Source: Mizuhopecten yessoensis (lineage: Eukaryota). From it: a stretch of DNA of 64,000 nucleotides. Below are positions 47,960-61,676 of this stretch, piece by piece. A model generated the notes under the pieces. It did not search any database and was not told the DNA's origin. It saw only the letters and a program-made list of their open reading frames with translations. The translations under genes were made by a program, and so were the position numbers. Location of the stretch: NCBI RefSeq assembly GCF_002113885.1, contig NW_018406931.1, positions 243,253 to 307,252 on the forward strand. Reading direction: 5' to 3'. Every line of letters starts with the position of its first letter. Within the stretch, counting starts at the first letter, position 1.

Positions 47960-50900
47960 GTGAACGGAAGTTTGGTTGTCGTATCTGTGGCAGAGCTTTT
48001 CGACATGCGGACAATTTGAAAATACATATGAGGCAACACACAAATGAGAAACCAGTGAAATGTGACTTATGTGATTTTGCATGTCGGCAGAAAAGCTCAC
48101 TACAGTATCACCTGCGCAAGTTCCACAATATCATCCCTCCCTCCAAGGAAGCCTCCCATCATGTGGTGGCCATTGATGGAGTTCGAAAGCCAGCATCTGC
48201 CTCGGTCGGCAGTGCTAATGGTAAGGACAGCAATGGCACCCTACTACAAGATAAGAAGCCTCTGTCTCCTGTCAATAGATCTCAGAACCCAATGGACTTG
48301 TATGAGTTTAAGTCGGATGATGAAATGGACAGTGATGCATTGTTACCACTGTTCCAGGACAAGTCTCTAAAGTCTTTTAGAGTCAACCATGTTGAAAAGA
48401 TGGAGAATGAGAAACCAGCTGTGATGGAAAATAAAGATCTTGCCCAAGTAAGTGCACTTGACCTGCCTACAGGCCAAGAGGGTGTTGACCTGCCAACAAG
48501 CCAAGAGAGTGTTGACCTACCAACAGGTGAGGAGAGCGTGAAGGACGAACAACCAAAACCTGAGGTAGCAAAGAAAAAAGTTGTTAGAAAGAAAAAGAAA
48601 CCAAAGGTTGTAAAACAGGAGGTGAAGGAAGAGGAGATGAAATCAAATGAAGAAGAACACAATCTAAATGTGAAAGAAGACCATGAGGAAGTTGGGTCTT
48701 CGAATGGTTTAGTTACCAGTCCCTCTAATATCATTGGTGAGGATGTGTCTGAGGTTGTGACTGAGATAGTGAAAGCTAAACCAAAGGGAAAGGGCAAAGG
48801 TAAGGGCAAGAAGAAGGCCACTCCAAAGGGCACATCACCAAAGGCAGCTTCACCTAAAGGCACCTCACCTAAAGGCACCTCACCTAAAGGCGTCTCACCG
48901 AAGGCAGCCTCTCCTAAAGGCAGTTTGCCTAAATCAGCTTCTCCAAAATCAGTAACACCTAAATCTTCAACACCCAAAGCATCAACACCTAAATCAAGTT
49001 CACCCAAATCCAATCTGCCTAAAGCAGCAATATCAAAAGCAGCTGCATCCAAAGCTGCAAAGGAAAAAAAGGCACCAATCAAAAAGGGTCGCAAAGTAAA
49101 GGCAGAAATAGAGGAGGAGCTGCTAGCTAAAACAATAGCAAAACAAGCACCAAAACGATCTCCCAGGACAAAAGCTGTCACATCAAAAAAGAGTCCTGGT
49201 GGCAGGAAAAAGCCAAAGGCCAAGAAAAAGAAAAAGGAGCCTGTTGTGGCAGAGGATCTGGATGAAACTGATGAGTATCGAGAGGATGATGATGATGAAG
49301 AGGTAAAGGAGAAAGTTACTTTGGATCTGCCTAGTAAAGATCAAACTGTAGAAGAAAGTGTGGATGAAGCCAATTTGAAAGCTACAGCTTTTGTTGATGT
49401 GATTAAATATGTGGAGGAACATAGTGCTGGTAACTTGTCAGAGCCCGATAAACCGGAACAACCTCCACAGGAAGTTGTGGAGGATTCACTTCCTGTTGTT
49501 GAGGATTTACTTCCTGTTGTTGAGGATTTCCTTCCTGTTGTTGAGGATTTCCTTCCTGTTGTTGAGGATTCTGCTGAGAAGGATATAGAAGATAATGGTG
49601 ATGAGATGATACCAGAAGAGAAGAAATTAAAGGAGGATGAAGAGACGGTGGTAGCTGAGCCAGTTACAGATCCTGTTGTCACTGTAGCTGAACCTCTCCC
49701 TGAGGTGCCAAGTAAAGTGGATGAGGAGAGTGACAGGATGAGTAGTAGTATAGACACTGACTTTGAGGAGGAGCTAAAACCTCCCCCAGCCCCTCGCCCC
49801 CCTCCTGTGATAGACAGTGATGAGGCGGACATAGAGTCGGGGCCAGAGGACATTGACACACCTGGGAGGGACTTTGAGTCTACACCACCAAAGTCTGTGG
49901 CCAATAGTGAGAACATCCACAGTGTGCAGAGTCATTCCGGGGGAGAGCCACGTCTGGACAGTGACTTGGGAGACAGTATGTCCCAATCTTACAGGCGCTC
50001 AGAGTCACAACCTGACAGTGGGTCAGAAATCAAGCGGGACCAAGATCCTCTTGATGCTTTGGCAGTCAGCATAAACAAGACTGAGGCTAATGATCTCCCC
50101 AAACAGACACCAATTGCAGATGGGGTAGCCACTCCTGTTGTTGCTGGTCCTGCCAATGCAGATTTTGGGGGCTCACAATCTGAGTCTACAATGCCAGAGG
50201 TTGACAAGGAATACCTGGGTCAGTACCTTCAGCAGTTTGACTCCACTGCACGCTCTGAGGACGAAGTATCTCGTCTAGACAGACTTGACACAACAGCTGA
50301 AAGATCCATAGACATTCCCTCTACTCCCCAGGACAAGGAGTTACCTCCCCTTAACCTAAGTGCATCTGCACCTCCTCTAAATCTAACAACAACTCCGGAG
50401 ATTCCACCTGAGGAGATCCAGCCTCAGCCTGTACAGGGCACAGACATGTCCAACAAACGCATGGAGATCCTGGAGTGTGATAGGCAGCACGAGAACCACT
50501 ACCAACCCAGCCGCAGTGTGAGCCCACTGCGCCCTTCAGAAAGGATCCCTGACAATGTGTACGACAGCCTAAATGCTATCACATCGTACATCCCAACCCC
50601 AACCCCCACCCCCACCCCTACTACCAGGGAACCCCCAGTCATTAGACAGACTGAGAATATATTTCCTCCTGTGACTGCTAGCACATCTTCTACCACAACC
50701 TCCTCCTCATCCTTCATGCGCTTCACAGAGAATGATGCTTTACTACAACGTCAGAGGATGACGACTCCTTTCCTTACCCAAAGTGATCCAAACGCATTAC
50801 AAAACCTTCATCGTATGGCTGACTCTGCCCTTGCATCACATTCTAACTCTGCTTCCTCATTGTTGCGACGACCTACGACTGTGCCGCCACGAGAGGACAT

Positions 50901-51777
50901 GTTTCCAGGCCCCACAGCAGTAACGGCCCAGACCATGGCCAGGAATCCATTTAACTCATGGACAGGTGTGACAGGGCAAGAGGTAAGACCTGCTCACTGG
51001 TCCCAAACACCATACCTTCAGCGGGACCGCCCCGCAAACTCCACATCCTCCCCACTATTCTCCAAGGACAACTACCTCAGTGGGCGGGAGTTCATGTTTG
51101 ATCCCTCACGACGAAGTGTTGCAGAGAGAAATATGTTCCCTGGATTAACTCAATCTACAACTCGCCCAGAATTACCGCATGAAACTTTTCCCATGGAGAG
51201 ATTTGATTTCGGTTATTTTGGAAGTCATGGTTACCCAACTGCACCCTCTCTACAAGAATATACAAGAACACAGTGTGGCACATCCCAAAAAACATTAGAG
51301 GAGCGGTATCGTCAGTCGGCCTCAGGAATCACTGACTTTTCACGTGCTTTTCCTCCAACATCAACGTCGGAAATGTTCAGTAGCATGAATATGAACACCT
51401 CATTTAACCTGGACAAGTACATGTACAATCGTGAGCCCATCTATCATCCTCAACATATGGGGGACAGCACCAATAGCCCGTTCCTTCCCCATGGGGTGGC
51501 CCCCCAACATACCATGTTTGACCGTGAATACCCCCCGCGTGGATTCTACCAAAACAGTCCCTATAGCTTTGTGAACTCTATGAACGATAAGCAATATGCT
51601 GCTGCTGCAGCTGCATCAGCGAAACTTACACATCCTACTGGGTCAGGGGTGACACAAGAACGGGACTTTGTGCCTCGTCCGAATACTGGGGCTGCGGCAG
51701 CCCCAGACAACCAGATTCAGGACCCCTATAGGAATCCCCTGCTGTACAATATGATGAATCGCTACACTTTCGAATGA
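47960..51777 (+). CDS. Large C2H2 zinc-finger protein, coding exon 2
   Basis: atttcag|GT completes the Gly of TGER. Two further fingers follow (the last, CDFACRQKSSLQYH, resembles the ZFP91/ZNF653-type CGFTCRQKASLNWH), then (S/T)PK repeats, an acidic region and a Pro/Ser/Phe/Tyr-rich tail. TGA at 51775-51777. Confidence 0.92.
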
Positions 51778-54700
51778 TTTGGTGTGTATGTGTCTGTGAT
51801 GTAGCCAGCTCTGTTCAGGTCCTCAAAACTACTACCCCTGTACACAGGAATCTCAAGCACCTGCTTATAGACTAAGCAGAGCCTGGCTTACAAACTCTAA
51901 CAGCTGTGTTGTTGTCTTTCTGTGCACATCAGAATTTAGAACTATTTGAGATTTACATGGAAACGTCCAGTAACTGTATTAGTGTCCAGAATAAATATTC
52001 TGAGACATGTTTTGTATTATTTGTTGTCATGTTGCATTATATAAACCCATCTGAGGAGGACCATAAAGACATGTCTTGAGGCCAGAGGTCAACAACCTGA
52101 ATCTAGCAGTCAAACGTCTCGTTCAGAGGTTGATCATCTTTTTCTGAGGTCAGAAGTTGATTCATCTCTTGCTGAGGTCAAAGGTTAATCATATCTCTTG
52201 CTGCAGTCAGAGCTTGATCATTTTTCTACCTAAGATTAGAGCTCGATTATCATTAAATCTATTTTATTTCACATTTCACATGGATGTCTCATATTACATG
52301 CTAAAACAAATTACCCAGGTATATAACGGACATGTAGTAACAGATGGTGTTCTGGTAATTTCTCATGGTTACTTATGTACTCTAAAGGTTTATCACCAGA
52401 ACTGACCTGTGAGGGAATACGCTGTATATTTTTCATGTAAAAAAGAACATCAATGTGAAATCTGAAATGTGTTAAGAGGTAAGTCATCCTTGTGAAGATG
52501 AGGTCCAATTTCAAGGGTGAGAGTTTTTTGTTTCATGTGTATGATCGGATGTCAAATTTTATCCATTCTGTTGAGTCTGCGACAGAGGAGTGTGCAATCT
52601 CTGTGTTATTTTTTCTATGGATGTGCATGAATGTTATTAGCTGTGGTTTGGTACGTATCCTCACAAGGATATTTGTGACCGACTAAACGTCCATTATTTC
52701 TGCATTTCTTTATTTGGGTAAACAACATCTTTTACTAAAAATTGATAGGGTAGATGAGAAAGTAAAGTTTTATACACAAAAAAACATTGCTTAAAACAGT
52801 AATCTAGACTTGGACAGAGCTTCCGTAAAATTTCCCATCCAGACTATATTGTATGAAGTGCTGTTAACTAAAATTTTCAATTTTTTCTTCTTTTTATTTT
52901 TTATTATTTTTAATGCTCTGAAAGTGTTGAAGTGTTTTCATATAACCTGTCTTAAGACAGTCATTTAAAATCCTGACTCATGCAGTTTTCACTAAAAAAA
53001 ATACTTATTGTGAGTTGTGTTTGAAAATTTCAGTAAACTTGCCTCAACTGTTAAGCTAATGGTGTTTTGAGCAAGCAGGCCCAGAGTTTACTTAAATGAA
53101 AAAAATAAATTTATTAGGAATATTATGTCTACACAGATTTTAAGGTTAAAGATATGAAGCAAGAAAATATTTTGCCTCCTCCAAATTACTATTGAACTGC
53201 AAGATTAGAAGAAGGGGGTGGACATCCAATGTATGAGTGAGATGACAGTCTTGATTCTTCTTTACACATTATGCTCATCATTTATCAAATGCTTTCAAAT
53301 GTTTTGTTAAAGTATCCCCTTTTTAGCAGTTGTAATAAATACAACATTGTAAGGATATTTTGTATAAAGTTTTGTTTACCAAATTTTCTTTCAATACAAT
53401 TTTTGGTAAGAATTTCATTTTTAAGTGTTTAAAATGTAAAACACTATAGGTTATAGTCAGTGTTTTATTATTTGCTGAAGACAAACATTGAATTTGTTAG
53501 CCACGTTCTATCAAAAACTGACTAGTCGTTTTTATGGACAGGGTTTTCAATACATGTATTCTGAAATATATCTTAAGGATTTTGAAAACATGGATTTGAT
53601 GAAGTATCCTTACCCTCACTCAAACCATAAAAAGGAACACAATGATAATATTTTGTCTTTCAAGATGAAAATTATTATTTAATTCAGTAAAAACTTTTGA
53701 GAACTTTGAAATTATTTTAGATGGATGCTTCGATAGGTTTAGTTAATGACTAAAAAGTAAACTTTTGGAAATGTTTTTTTTTTTATTTGAAAAGCGTTAT
53801 CTTTCTGCATGAGCTATATAAATGTTATGACCATCAAGACATCTTTTTCCTCTTGAGGAAAAATAAAAGCTTCTTACATCTGGTCTGAATTGTAAGGTGC
53901 ATGTTTTGTTAAAATGTTTGTTTTTGTTAAGCCCTGCTGATATAAATTATGTCACATGCAAGATGCAAGGATTGTAACTTTCTTTAGGGAAAATGTAACA
54001 TCCTTTTAGCACCATAAATTTAAGTAAAAATTATTAATGGGAGAATTCTATGTTTTTTATGAAATCAGAATTTTACACGCAGGAAGGTGAAATGTTGTTT
54101 GATAGCAAATGAAACAAACTCTTAAATGCTGGAAAAAGGTTCATCCTCGAAGGAGGTTCTATCTGAAGAAGATAAAGGGACTGGTATCCTGTGACATTAG
54201 TGCCTAGCGTAACCATGAATTGATTCCCCATCACAGGGATGTCATTTAATGCTATTTCAGATACTTAAGTATTAGATTATGGACATCGGAGAACAATATT
54301 TTGTATTGGGTTTTACAATGGCTATGTGTCGCTGTAAAGGTGTTGTGATATCCATTGTCGCATGTTTAACAGTAGATATAGGAATAGGTGAGGTTGCGAC
54401 TGAGGGCGTGTGTGAGTGGAATGTGTCAATTAAGAGCGTAAGTTGCGCATGTTTTAGGTGTGTGTATATCATTTAGGAGTGTGACACAGCATAGTTTATG
54501 ATGTTAGGTCGCTGAAGATTGTGTGTACATATGTGATGAGCATTTCACCATTAACAAAAGTGTGAATGTAGTTTGTGATTTGCTGAGGAGTGTGTGCGCG
54601 TACGGTTGCTGAGGATAGTGTGTGTGTTGTTGCTAAGGATAGTGTGTGTGTGTGGTGTGTGTCACTGTACAGTAACAGCACTGGCCAATCAGGGCGTGTA

Positions 54701-56004
54701 CATACACAAATTATTGTATGTACATTTTGATGCAGCAGATCTACTTTTAAATCAGATTTTTATGACTATTATCTTTAAATGTGTGTATATGATATTGTGC
54801 AAGATATATAAGTTGCATTATGAATTGCCATTAATATGTTACATTGTAAATATATATTTTTTTCTCTTTTAAAATGTCAGTGGTGCCATTGAAAGTTGTA
54901 TTTAAGAAGTGAAAAATCATGTTTTGTGAAATTATAACATTATTTACTGGTTTTATCATGAAATGTAATTTTTCCTTTACAAAAGGCATATATTCATCCA
55001 TCATTTGAAAAAAAAAGATTTGTAGATATATATATATATAATCCACTGATCACCATGACAACAGTTCTCTTATTACTAGATGTCCTGCTGCCATGCTCTC
55101 AATTTCAGCAATTAATTTTGACACACATAGTGAAACATATATTACATGTAATTGTACATAGATATTATACTGCGTAAGGCGTTGGTGATAGATAATCCAG
55201 TCTTGTGTGTTAGAAAGTGCTGAACCAGTTTTTGAACAGTTTTGCAATAGATCATGTTGATGTGCCCTGGTTACAGTGATCAGTAACCAACATTTCCTAC
55301 TTTGTATAGGAAACTGCCTGTTCTGTAGGTTATGACCCAGAACACATGGATTTGAATTTCTGTCAGCCTTAAAACTTCTAAACCCAAATTGAAAACTAAA
55401 CTGCATCATGCCCAATGTCATCTTGTCACTTTCCAGTATAATTTTCATTGGGGGTGAAATGTCGTAAAAATTGACAGAAAATCTATTCCTGTGTTTTTAG
55501 AGTCCAGAAATCTATTTAAACTCTAATCATTTTAATTTTTTAGGTATGGGCCTATCAAATCTTTCACTAGCATTATGTTATAAGACTATTTTATGATGAT
55601 AAATGAAATGTAGAAAAATCATTTGTATGTTTAATTGTTGCCAAGCTTATTTGAAATCCAGAAATGGTATAGTTTTTGTATGAAATACAAAGAGAAGACT
55701 TACAATGTATACAATACCAATAGAAAGGGGTGGGGCTTAATCATGTGTACAGAACTGGGGGGAAAGGGATGGGGCTTCAAAGTGTTTACAACAGAATGGG
55801 GTGGGGCTAATGTTGTTTCCATATAGAGAGAAATAGAGAAATGGATCATCACTTATCAGTGGTGAATGTATTCGTTTAAGGTCCCTGCCTTGTAGGGATG
55901 AACACATTATATGTCTGTTATGGTCTAATGATGAAGATGGTAGGTTGGAGGTTAGGCAAGTCTGAGGGGCAAAATGACAATTCAATGATTGGGGTGGGGG
56001 GGGT

Positions 56005-56216
56005 GGGGGGGCTCAATGGCCAAGTGATTAAGACGTCCGACAGTCTACTACCACTAGCCTTCCACCACTCGGTCGCGGATTCAAGACCTATGTGGGGCAG
56101 TCGCCAGCTACTGGCCGTAGGTCGGTAGTTTTTCTCCAGGAACTCCGGCTTTCCTCCACCACCAAAATAATTCCTTAAATGACCATAGCTGTTAATAGGA
56201 CGTTAAACACAAAAAA
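56005..56216 (+). mobile_element. V-SINE-like element
   Basis: tRNA-like head with a long variable arm, V-domain-like GTTTTTCTCCAGGAACTCCGGCTTTCCTCCACC, and tail GACGTTAAACACAAAAAAC. Confidence 0.72.
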
Positions 56217-59200
56217 CAGTGTAACCAGATTGGATTTAGGCCTTTGCATGCATGTGGAAGTGGTCTAGATACAGTTAGTGCAATTAAAATGTTGTGGAAC
56301 ATGAACCAATATAAAATCATTTAATAGAGAAATAGGGAGCATTTCAAACAAGTGTCAAAACTGCATGAATGCAGAGCTTACCTAATTCAGTGTTTGACAG
56401 AATTGTTTGAATAGAGTTAAAATGAAGAAAAAAAGTAAGAAAATGGACAGAAATGGTAGCATACTGATCAGCTGAATGGTATTTTGGAATTCAGTTATTC
56501 AGTTTAAGCTAAATTCAATGAGTTAGGCTATCAGCAGGCTGTTAATACCCCAGTACATCTGTACTTATGTTGTCACCTCACTTTATGCTTTTTTGATACA
56601 CTATTTTTATCGAAGTTTTGTCCTTTTTTACAAAAATAATTACAAAACTCTTGTTTGGATAATTATTCCTATTTTTAAACCAATTTTTGTAAAACTCCAA
56701 AATTTATGATAACCACACTATTAGGTTGTAGACCTATGCTCATTTTATGGGAGTCGCGCCCATTTTGCAAAATGCCTAGCCAAATCTTGTCTGCACAACT
56801 CCTACAGTATTGATCAAACTTTAAGATGCAATAACACACTAGAAAGATAAACACCTATCCTTGCTGCATTAATTCAGCCATTTTTATGGGAGTTGTCGTA
56901 GTTGCCTGGTATGTTACTTTTCTGATTTCAGCCTCTGAATTGTGTCTAAAGTATTTTTTTCTACCATCTTGGCTGATGTGATTAATTTATTTCAAAGGAA
57001 GTTTTGGCCCTTCAACTAATATTTTAATATACATGGTAGTTGGAATGTTTTACAAGATAGTTTGAGATGGGTTGGTGTATTGTTAGCTATGGGAAAGTTC
57101 TATTTTATTAGTTTGCCAATCAGTTGTCTCCCTGGTAGCATTTATTAACAGCCTGCTGTACCAAACCGTCAGCAATAAAAATCAACACAGACCAATGCAA
57201 ATGGTACATCACTATATCCTTACTGTGCCATTTTGTTATTAGAGCATCAACATTTGGTTTATTAGATACTAGAGACTATTCTGTGAATATCACCAATAAC
57301 AATTTTATGTTTCTATTACAATTTTAAAAGCTACATGCAAGTTTTACAAACATAATGGATGTAAGAGGTTTGAAATGCTTTTATATTGTAGATTTGCCAC
57401 AATTTCAATGTAATTATTTTTTACTTGTTCTTATAAAGTTCTAATACATGTGTACCTTCATTGACATATAGAGAGGCTTCCCTAGATCTTGGGAGGGATA
57501 GCCTAGTCCAAACATTAATGCAATAATTTATTTTTCTCTCAAAATTAATGAGGAAGAAATCAAAACTAATTGCTGATCTAAGTTCAGTGTATTGTTGTGT
57601 GCATGCATGACTTGTGTTATAAATGTTAGCACGGTGTTGTATCTTTTAGATTGTAGATCCCAGTGTGATTGGGCGATCTGTTGACCATTAGTCTTACAGT
57701 CTATAACCTTGCTTGTCTCTCTTCCTGCCTACTCTGATATATCTTGCAGGCTATTTATAACTCAGGTCCTTGTCATCCCTATCTCCTTGCATAATTACTC
57801 ATCTTTGTCACCTCAGTTCTTGATATTGTTTTTCTCTTCCTCATGAAGAACAACGACTAAAGTGTAACACATGTATGTAATGACACGAAAATGCTCAGGT
57901 GATTTTCAGCTTTTCAATGCACAATGAGTTTGAGGACATTTGGTTTACTAGTTGAAGTAAGAATAACTGGTTTAATATTGGGATGAAGGTTAACTGATTT
58001 ACTTGTGGGTTTGAAGACAACTGATTTTTAAGTGGGTTCAAGAATAACTATTTTAAATTAATTGGTAGTGGGTTTGAGGTTAAATGTTTTGTTTTTGAGG
58101 ATAATTGTCAAACTAGTAATTTTGGAATAATTCTGTGCCAGAAATTGGTTGGAGGTAAATGTTAGTGTAAGGGAATAAATGGTTAACTATTGTAGTGGGT
58201 TTCAGGTAAACTGGGTGTTTGAGGATAACTAGTGTACTAGAAGTGGGTTTGAGGGACATTTTAAGCCGTAAGAGTCGCAAGATCAAGGCCATACACACTA
58301 ATATGGAACTGCTTGGTTGTATGTTTGGTTAACATGTTGTGTTCTAGTTTAATCTAGCTTTGGATCAAGACTTCATTGTATGAAATAGAATGCTGTGTTC
58401 TTGTGAATAGATCTGTTATCACTGTACTGGTTTAAGTTGTCTTTCAGGGGCGACAACTTGGTACATTAGATTTATTCTGGTTATTTTTTAGTGTTGTGCA
58501 ACCTGCGTGTCCATTATGGACTCGCACAGTTCCGTTATTTTAATCCATTGCTTCACTCTGGCGTTTTATACAATACCTATTTTTACCACATACCTCTACG
58601 GAGGAATCACTAATTTATTTCAGTAGATATTGTTTTTGCCTGTTGCTACCTGTACATTTTACCTGAAGCATTACCTGTACCTAAATAACTGTGACCACTT
58701 GGGCACTTGTAGGGACCATGGTTCTCACTTCTGTGTTGCTTATACTCAAATTTATTTAGAATTTGATGAGACAATTGTCTTTTTCGGGGAAAATTGAATA
58801 TGAACAACAAGTGTCCTCAAACTATTGAAATGTATGTCTGCCCTATTTGTTGGTGATTGTACCACAGTAAACCACATAAGTATGTGTATACTTTAACTAT
58901 GGTATAGTTGGTAATGTCCATTACACCACTGAAGCCATATCTTAATTGCAATAAAATTATCTTATTCTGTTATCTATAATTTAAACATGATCTACTGTGT
59001 GACACTATTATGAAGTGCAATTCATGTAGAACCATAATTTTACCAGGTATGTGTGCTCTACTGCATAAATGTACAGTAGACAAAAAATGCCAAAGATAGT
59101 GAATCTTTTATACAATTTAGAGTGTCCCAAAACTTACAAGAGAAACATAGGTCCACCTGGTCCAATAGAGGAAAGATTTTGTGAGATTGATGTCGTCATT

Positions 59201-61120
59201 GCTAAATGGGTGCTACAGAGATAGGATAACGGGGAACTTGTGTACATGGCTATACCACTGTAGTAATAACATTGTACAAGTCTGGGATGGCTCATTCTAA
59301 CATCTTGTCAAATCCAACATAATGAGGTTATACAATTTTCTATGGGAACTACCAAATATTACCTGTGTGTTCTGACATCTTGTCTAATCTGACCAATATG
59401 TTGTGTCTCATAGGGTGTCCCATAAGGTATCTGTATTACTGATCGACACACCAGACACTTTAGGTTACCTGGTCTGTCTAACTCGTGATAAGTGGAGTCG
59501 TCAGTCTGTATCCACAAAATACTAGTGATCACTCATCATACCATTGGTCAGTCTGTTCACAAGTCTAGCGGTCACTCATACATTGGTCAGTTTTCTGCAA
59601 AACTCTAGTGGTCAGTTGTCCACAACACTCTTACCATTAGTTTGAAGAAATTTAATTGTGCCCATCAATCTTTGCAGCCAACTGAACAAGACTTGTTACT
59701 GTTCTTTCTCCCTGTAGATTTTTTTCCTCTGCATATTTTTTATGGCAGTTACTGCTGATTGTTGTGAACATTTGTGTTAAATATTTATGACTTTTATGTT
59801 TTTACCAAAATGCTGCAGTTTATATATACATATATATATTATATATTTATCGGAAGGGCCATCAAGGTGTCAATTTGCTTGAAAACAATGAGAAGACAGT
59901 TAACTTTACACCAATTTTTTATACACAATTTCAATAATTCTTGTACTAGAATACACACACATATAGACATATATACTAACAGCATGACTGAGCGATAGTG
60001 GAGTTACTTCCTCTCCCCCCCCCCCCCCCCCCCCCCCCCCGAGTCAGCTTTATCGCAGTAGTTGTTGTGCTTTGTGCATCAGCACATTACAGATAAATTA
60101 GACAAAAAACACGTTGATGATGTCCTAAGGATGAAAGAGTGATTTGTTTTTATGCGTAGCATTGTCTCAGGTACCTAATCCACCCTCGATGTCATGTACA
60201 CCTTAATTGTTTTCATAATGTTTATAAAGAAAAAAGTTAACTAATTTAAAAAAAAAAAGAAAGAAAGATACATGTCTTTTAAAAAGCCATCTCATAATGT
60301 CATTAATTTGAAGGATTCAGAATTCAGGCGAGTCTTAAACAAAGGACTACATTAGTTTGTAAAGCAGATTGTCAACTTGTGCCCAGACGAGTTTGTTGTA
60401 TATGTTAGCGGGCAGTCATTGTAAATAAACATTATCAAGTGTGTGGTACATATATGGACTATTCTATTGCTGTTGTTGTTATCTACATAGAAATACATAT
60501 GTACGTACAGGCATCAAGTTTATAGTGTTTACTTACCTTTTACCAGGCTTGTTGTTCTGTGTACACGTGTCACTGTTATTTGTATTGTATCCTTTAACTT
60601 TTAAATGTTACCAAATAACAAAAACAAAACAAAAAAATATATTATATACAGTGAACAATTTTTATGTTTGTGCAAATACAAGATTTATTTGTATGGATAA
60701 ATATGAGATATCATTTTCATGATTGCCGAAGTATCCAGATAGTTACACACTATATTATTGCATAGATCATCATTTAGACAATAGTTTTAGAGAATAAAAT
60801 TTTATTACATGAGAGCTTGTGGCGTGTTATTTTGGTATTTGCAGACTTCCATCAGATCAGTGGATCATGACAATGACAGAAAAAGTGTCGGGATTGAGAG
60901 ACACATATTCCTTTTAGTGAAAATGTCCTGATAGAGAGATTTGTGTTCCTAACATGGGCCCATGGGCCACAAAAGTCACCCGTGTAAAAATTGGAATGAT
61001 GCTATGTTAAGTAGATCAAACTTCAAAGAATAAAACCGCAGTCGGTTATTAAGGGTCCCCCAAAGCTTGAAAAGTGTGCTAAGAATGATTTTCCAAAAAT
61101 TTGTCGAAGTTTACTGTTAA

Positions 61121-61203
61121 CCCTTTCACCATTGTGTCACTTTAGTAAACTCTTCCATGCATTAATCGGGATGAGTCTATTATGGTCTACAGTGGTGAAA
61201 GGG
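61121..61203. mobile_element. 83-bp piggyBac-type micro-MITE
   Basis: TTAA|CCCTTTCACCA(T/C)TGT ... ACAGTGGTGAAAGGG|TTAA. Confidence 0.8.
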
Positions 61204-61340
61204 TTAAGCTTCAGATGAGACTTCATTAGAAGGCTTTGCACTTATAATAAACAATTTTCCAGCCTCTGTGCCCACGTAGAGGGTCAGTCCCTTCTTAGTG
61301 GATTCTGATCCTTATCATCTTGATTTTTACCACCTCCATA

Positions 61341-61676
61341 CTCGAGGTTTTTTTTTCCTCGCTTTTGTTCTGCCCCACCCCCTGGAATATGTCACGACAA
61401 AATTGAAGGCATGCGATTAGCTATTCGATTGGTTTCAGGTAAAAACCTGACCAATCGCTAGGCCGATACCTGTCCTCTGTAGGGTACAGAGGAGCAATAC
61501 CCCATTTAACAGTAGGTTTATTTTACCATCACACGGCCGAGCGAATCTTTTAATGTACATCAAAGGATCAAACTATTCTATTTGAAAAATCCATGCGGAG
61601 GCGAATGCAGCGCTGTTGAATTTAGCATGACTTGTTCCAGGGGTGCAGAGAATGTGAGTAAGCCTAACCCCTGGAG
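61341..61676. mobile_element. TIR MITE family, copy 2
   Basis: Colinear with 47028-47352 (CCCTGGAATATGTCA...AAATTGAAGGC...GATTGG..CAGGT..ACCTGACCAATC...CCCCTGGAG). Confidence 0.72.

Noticed and set aside
48282-49916. Antisense ORFs of 313 and 191 aa (also 43532-44740, 27838-29577, 38743-39000)
   Set aside because: Shadows of biased, low-complexity sense coding sequence, with no independent features.
52075-52220. Nuclear-receptor DR1 cluster (AGGTCAAAGGTTA) in a degenerate ~28-bp repeat
   Set aside because: It lies in presumptive 3' UTR, only one good match is present, and it is explained by a decayed tandem repeat.
60015-60040. Poly-C tract as a functional G-quadruplex/i-motif
   Set aside because: A simple homopolymer whose length is unreliable in assemblies, with no supporting context.
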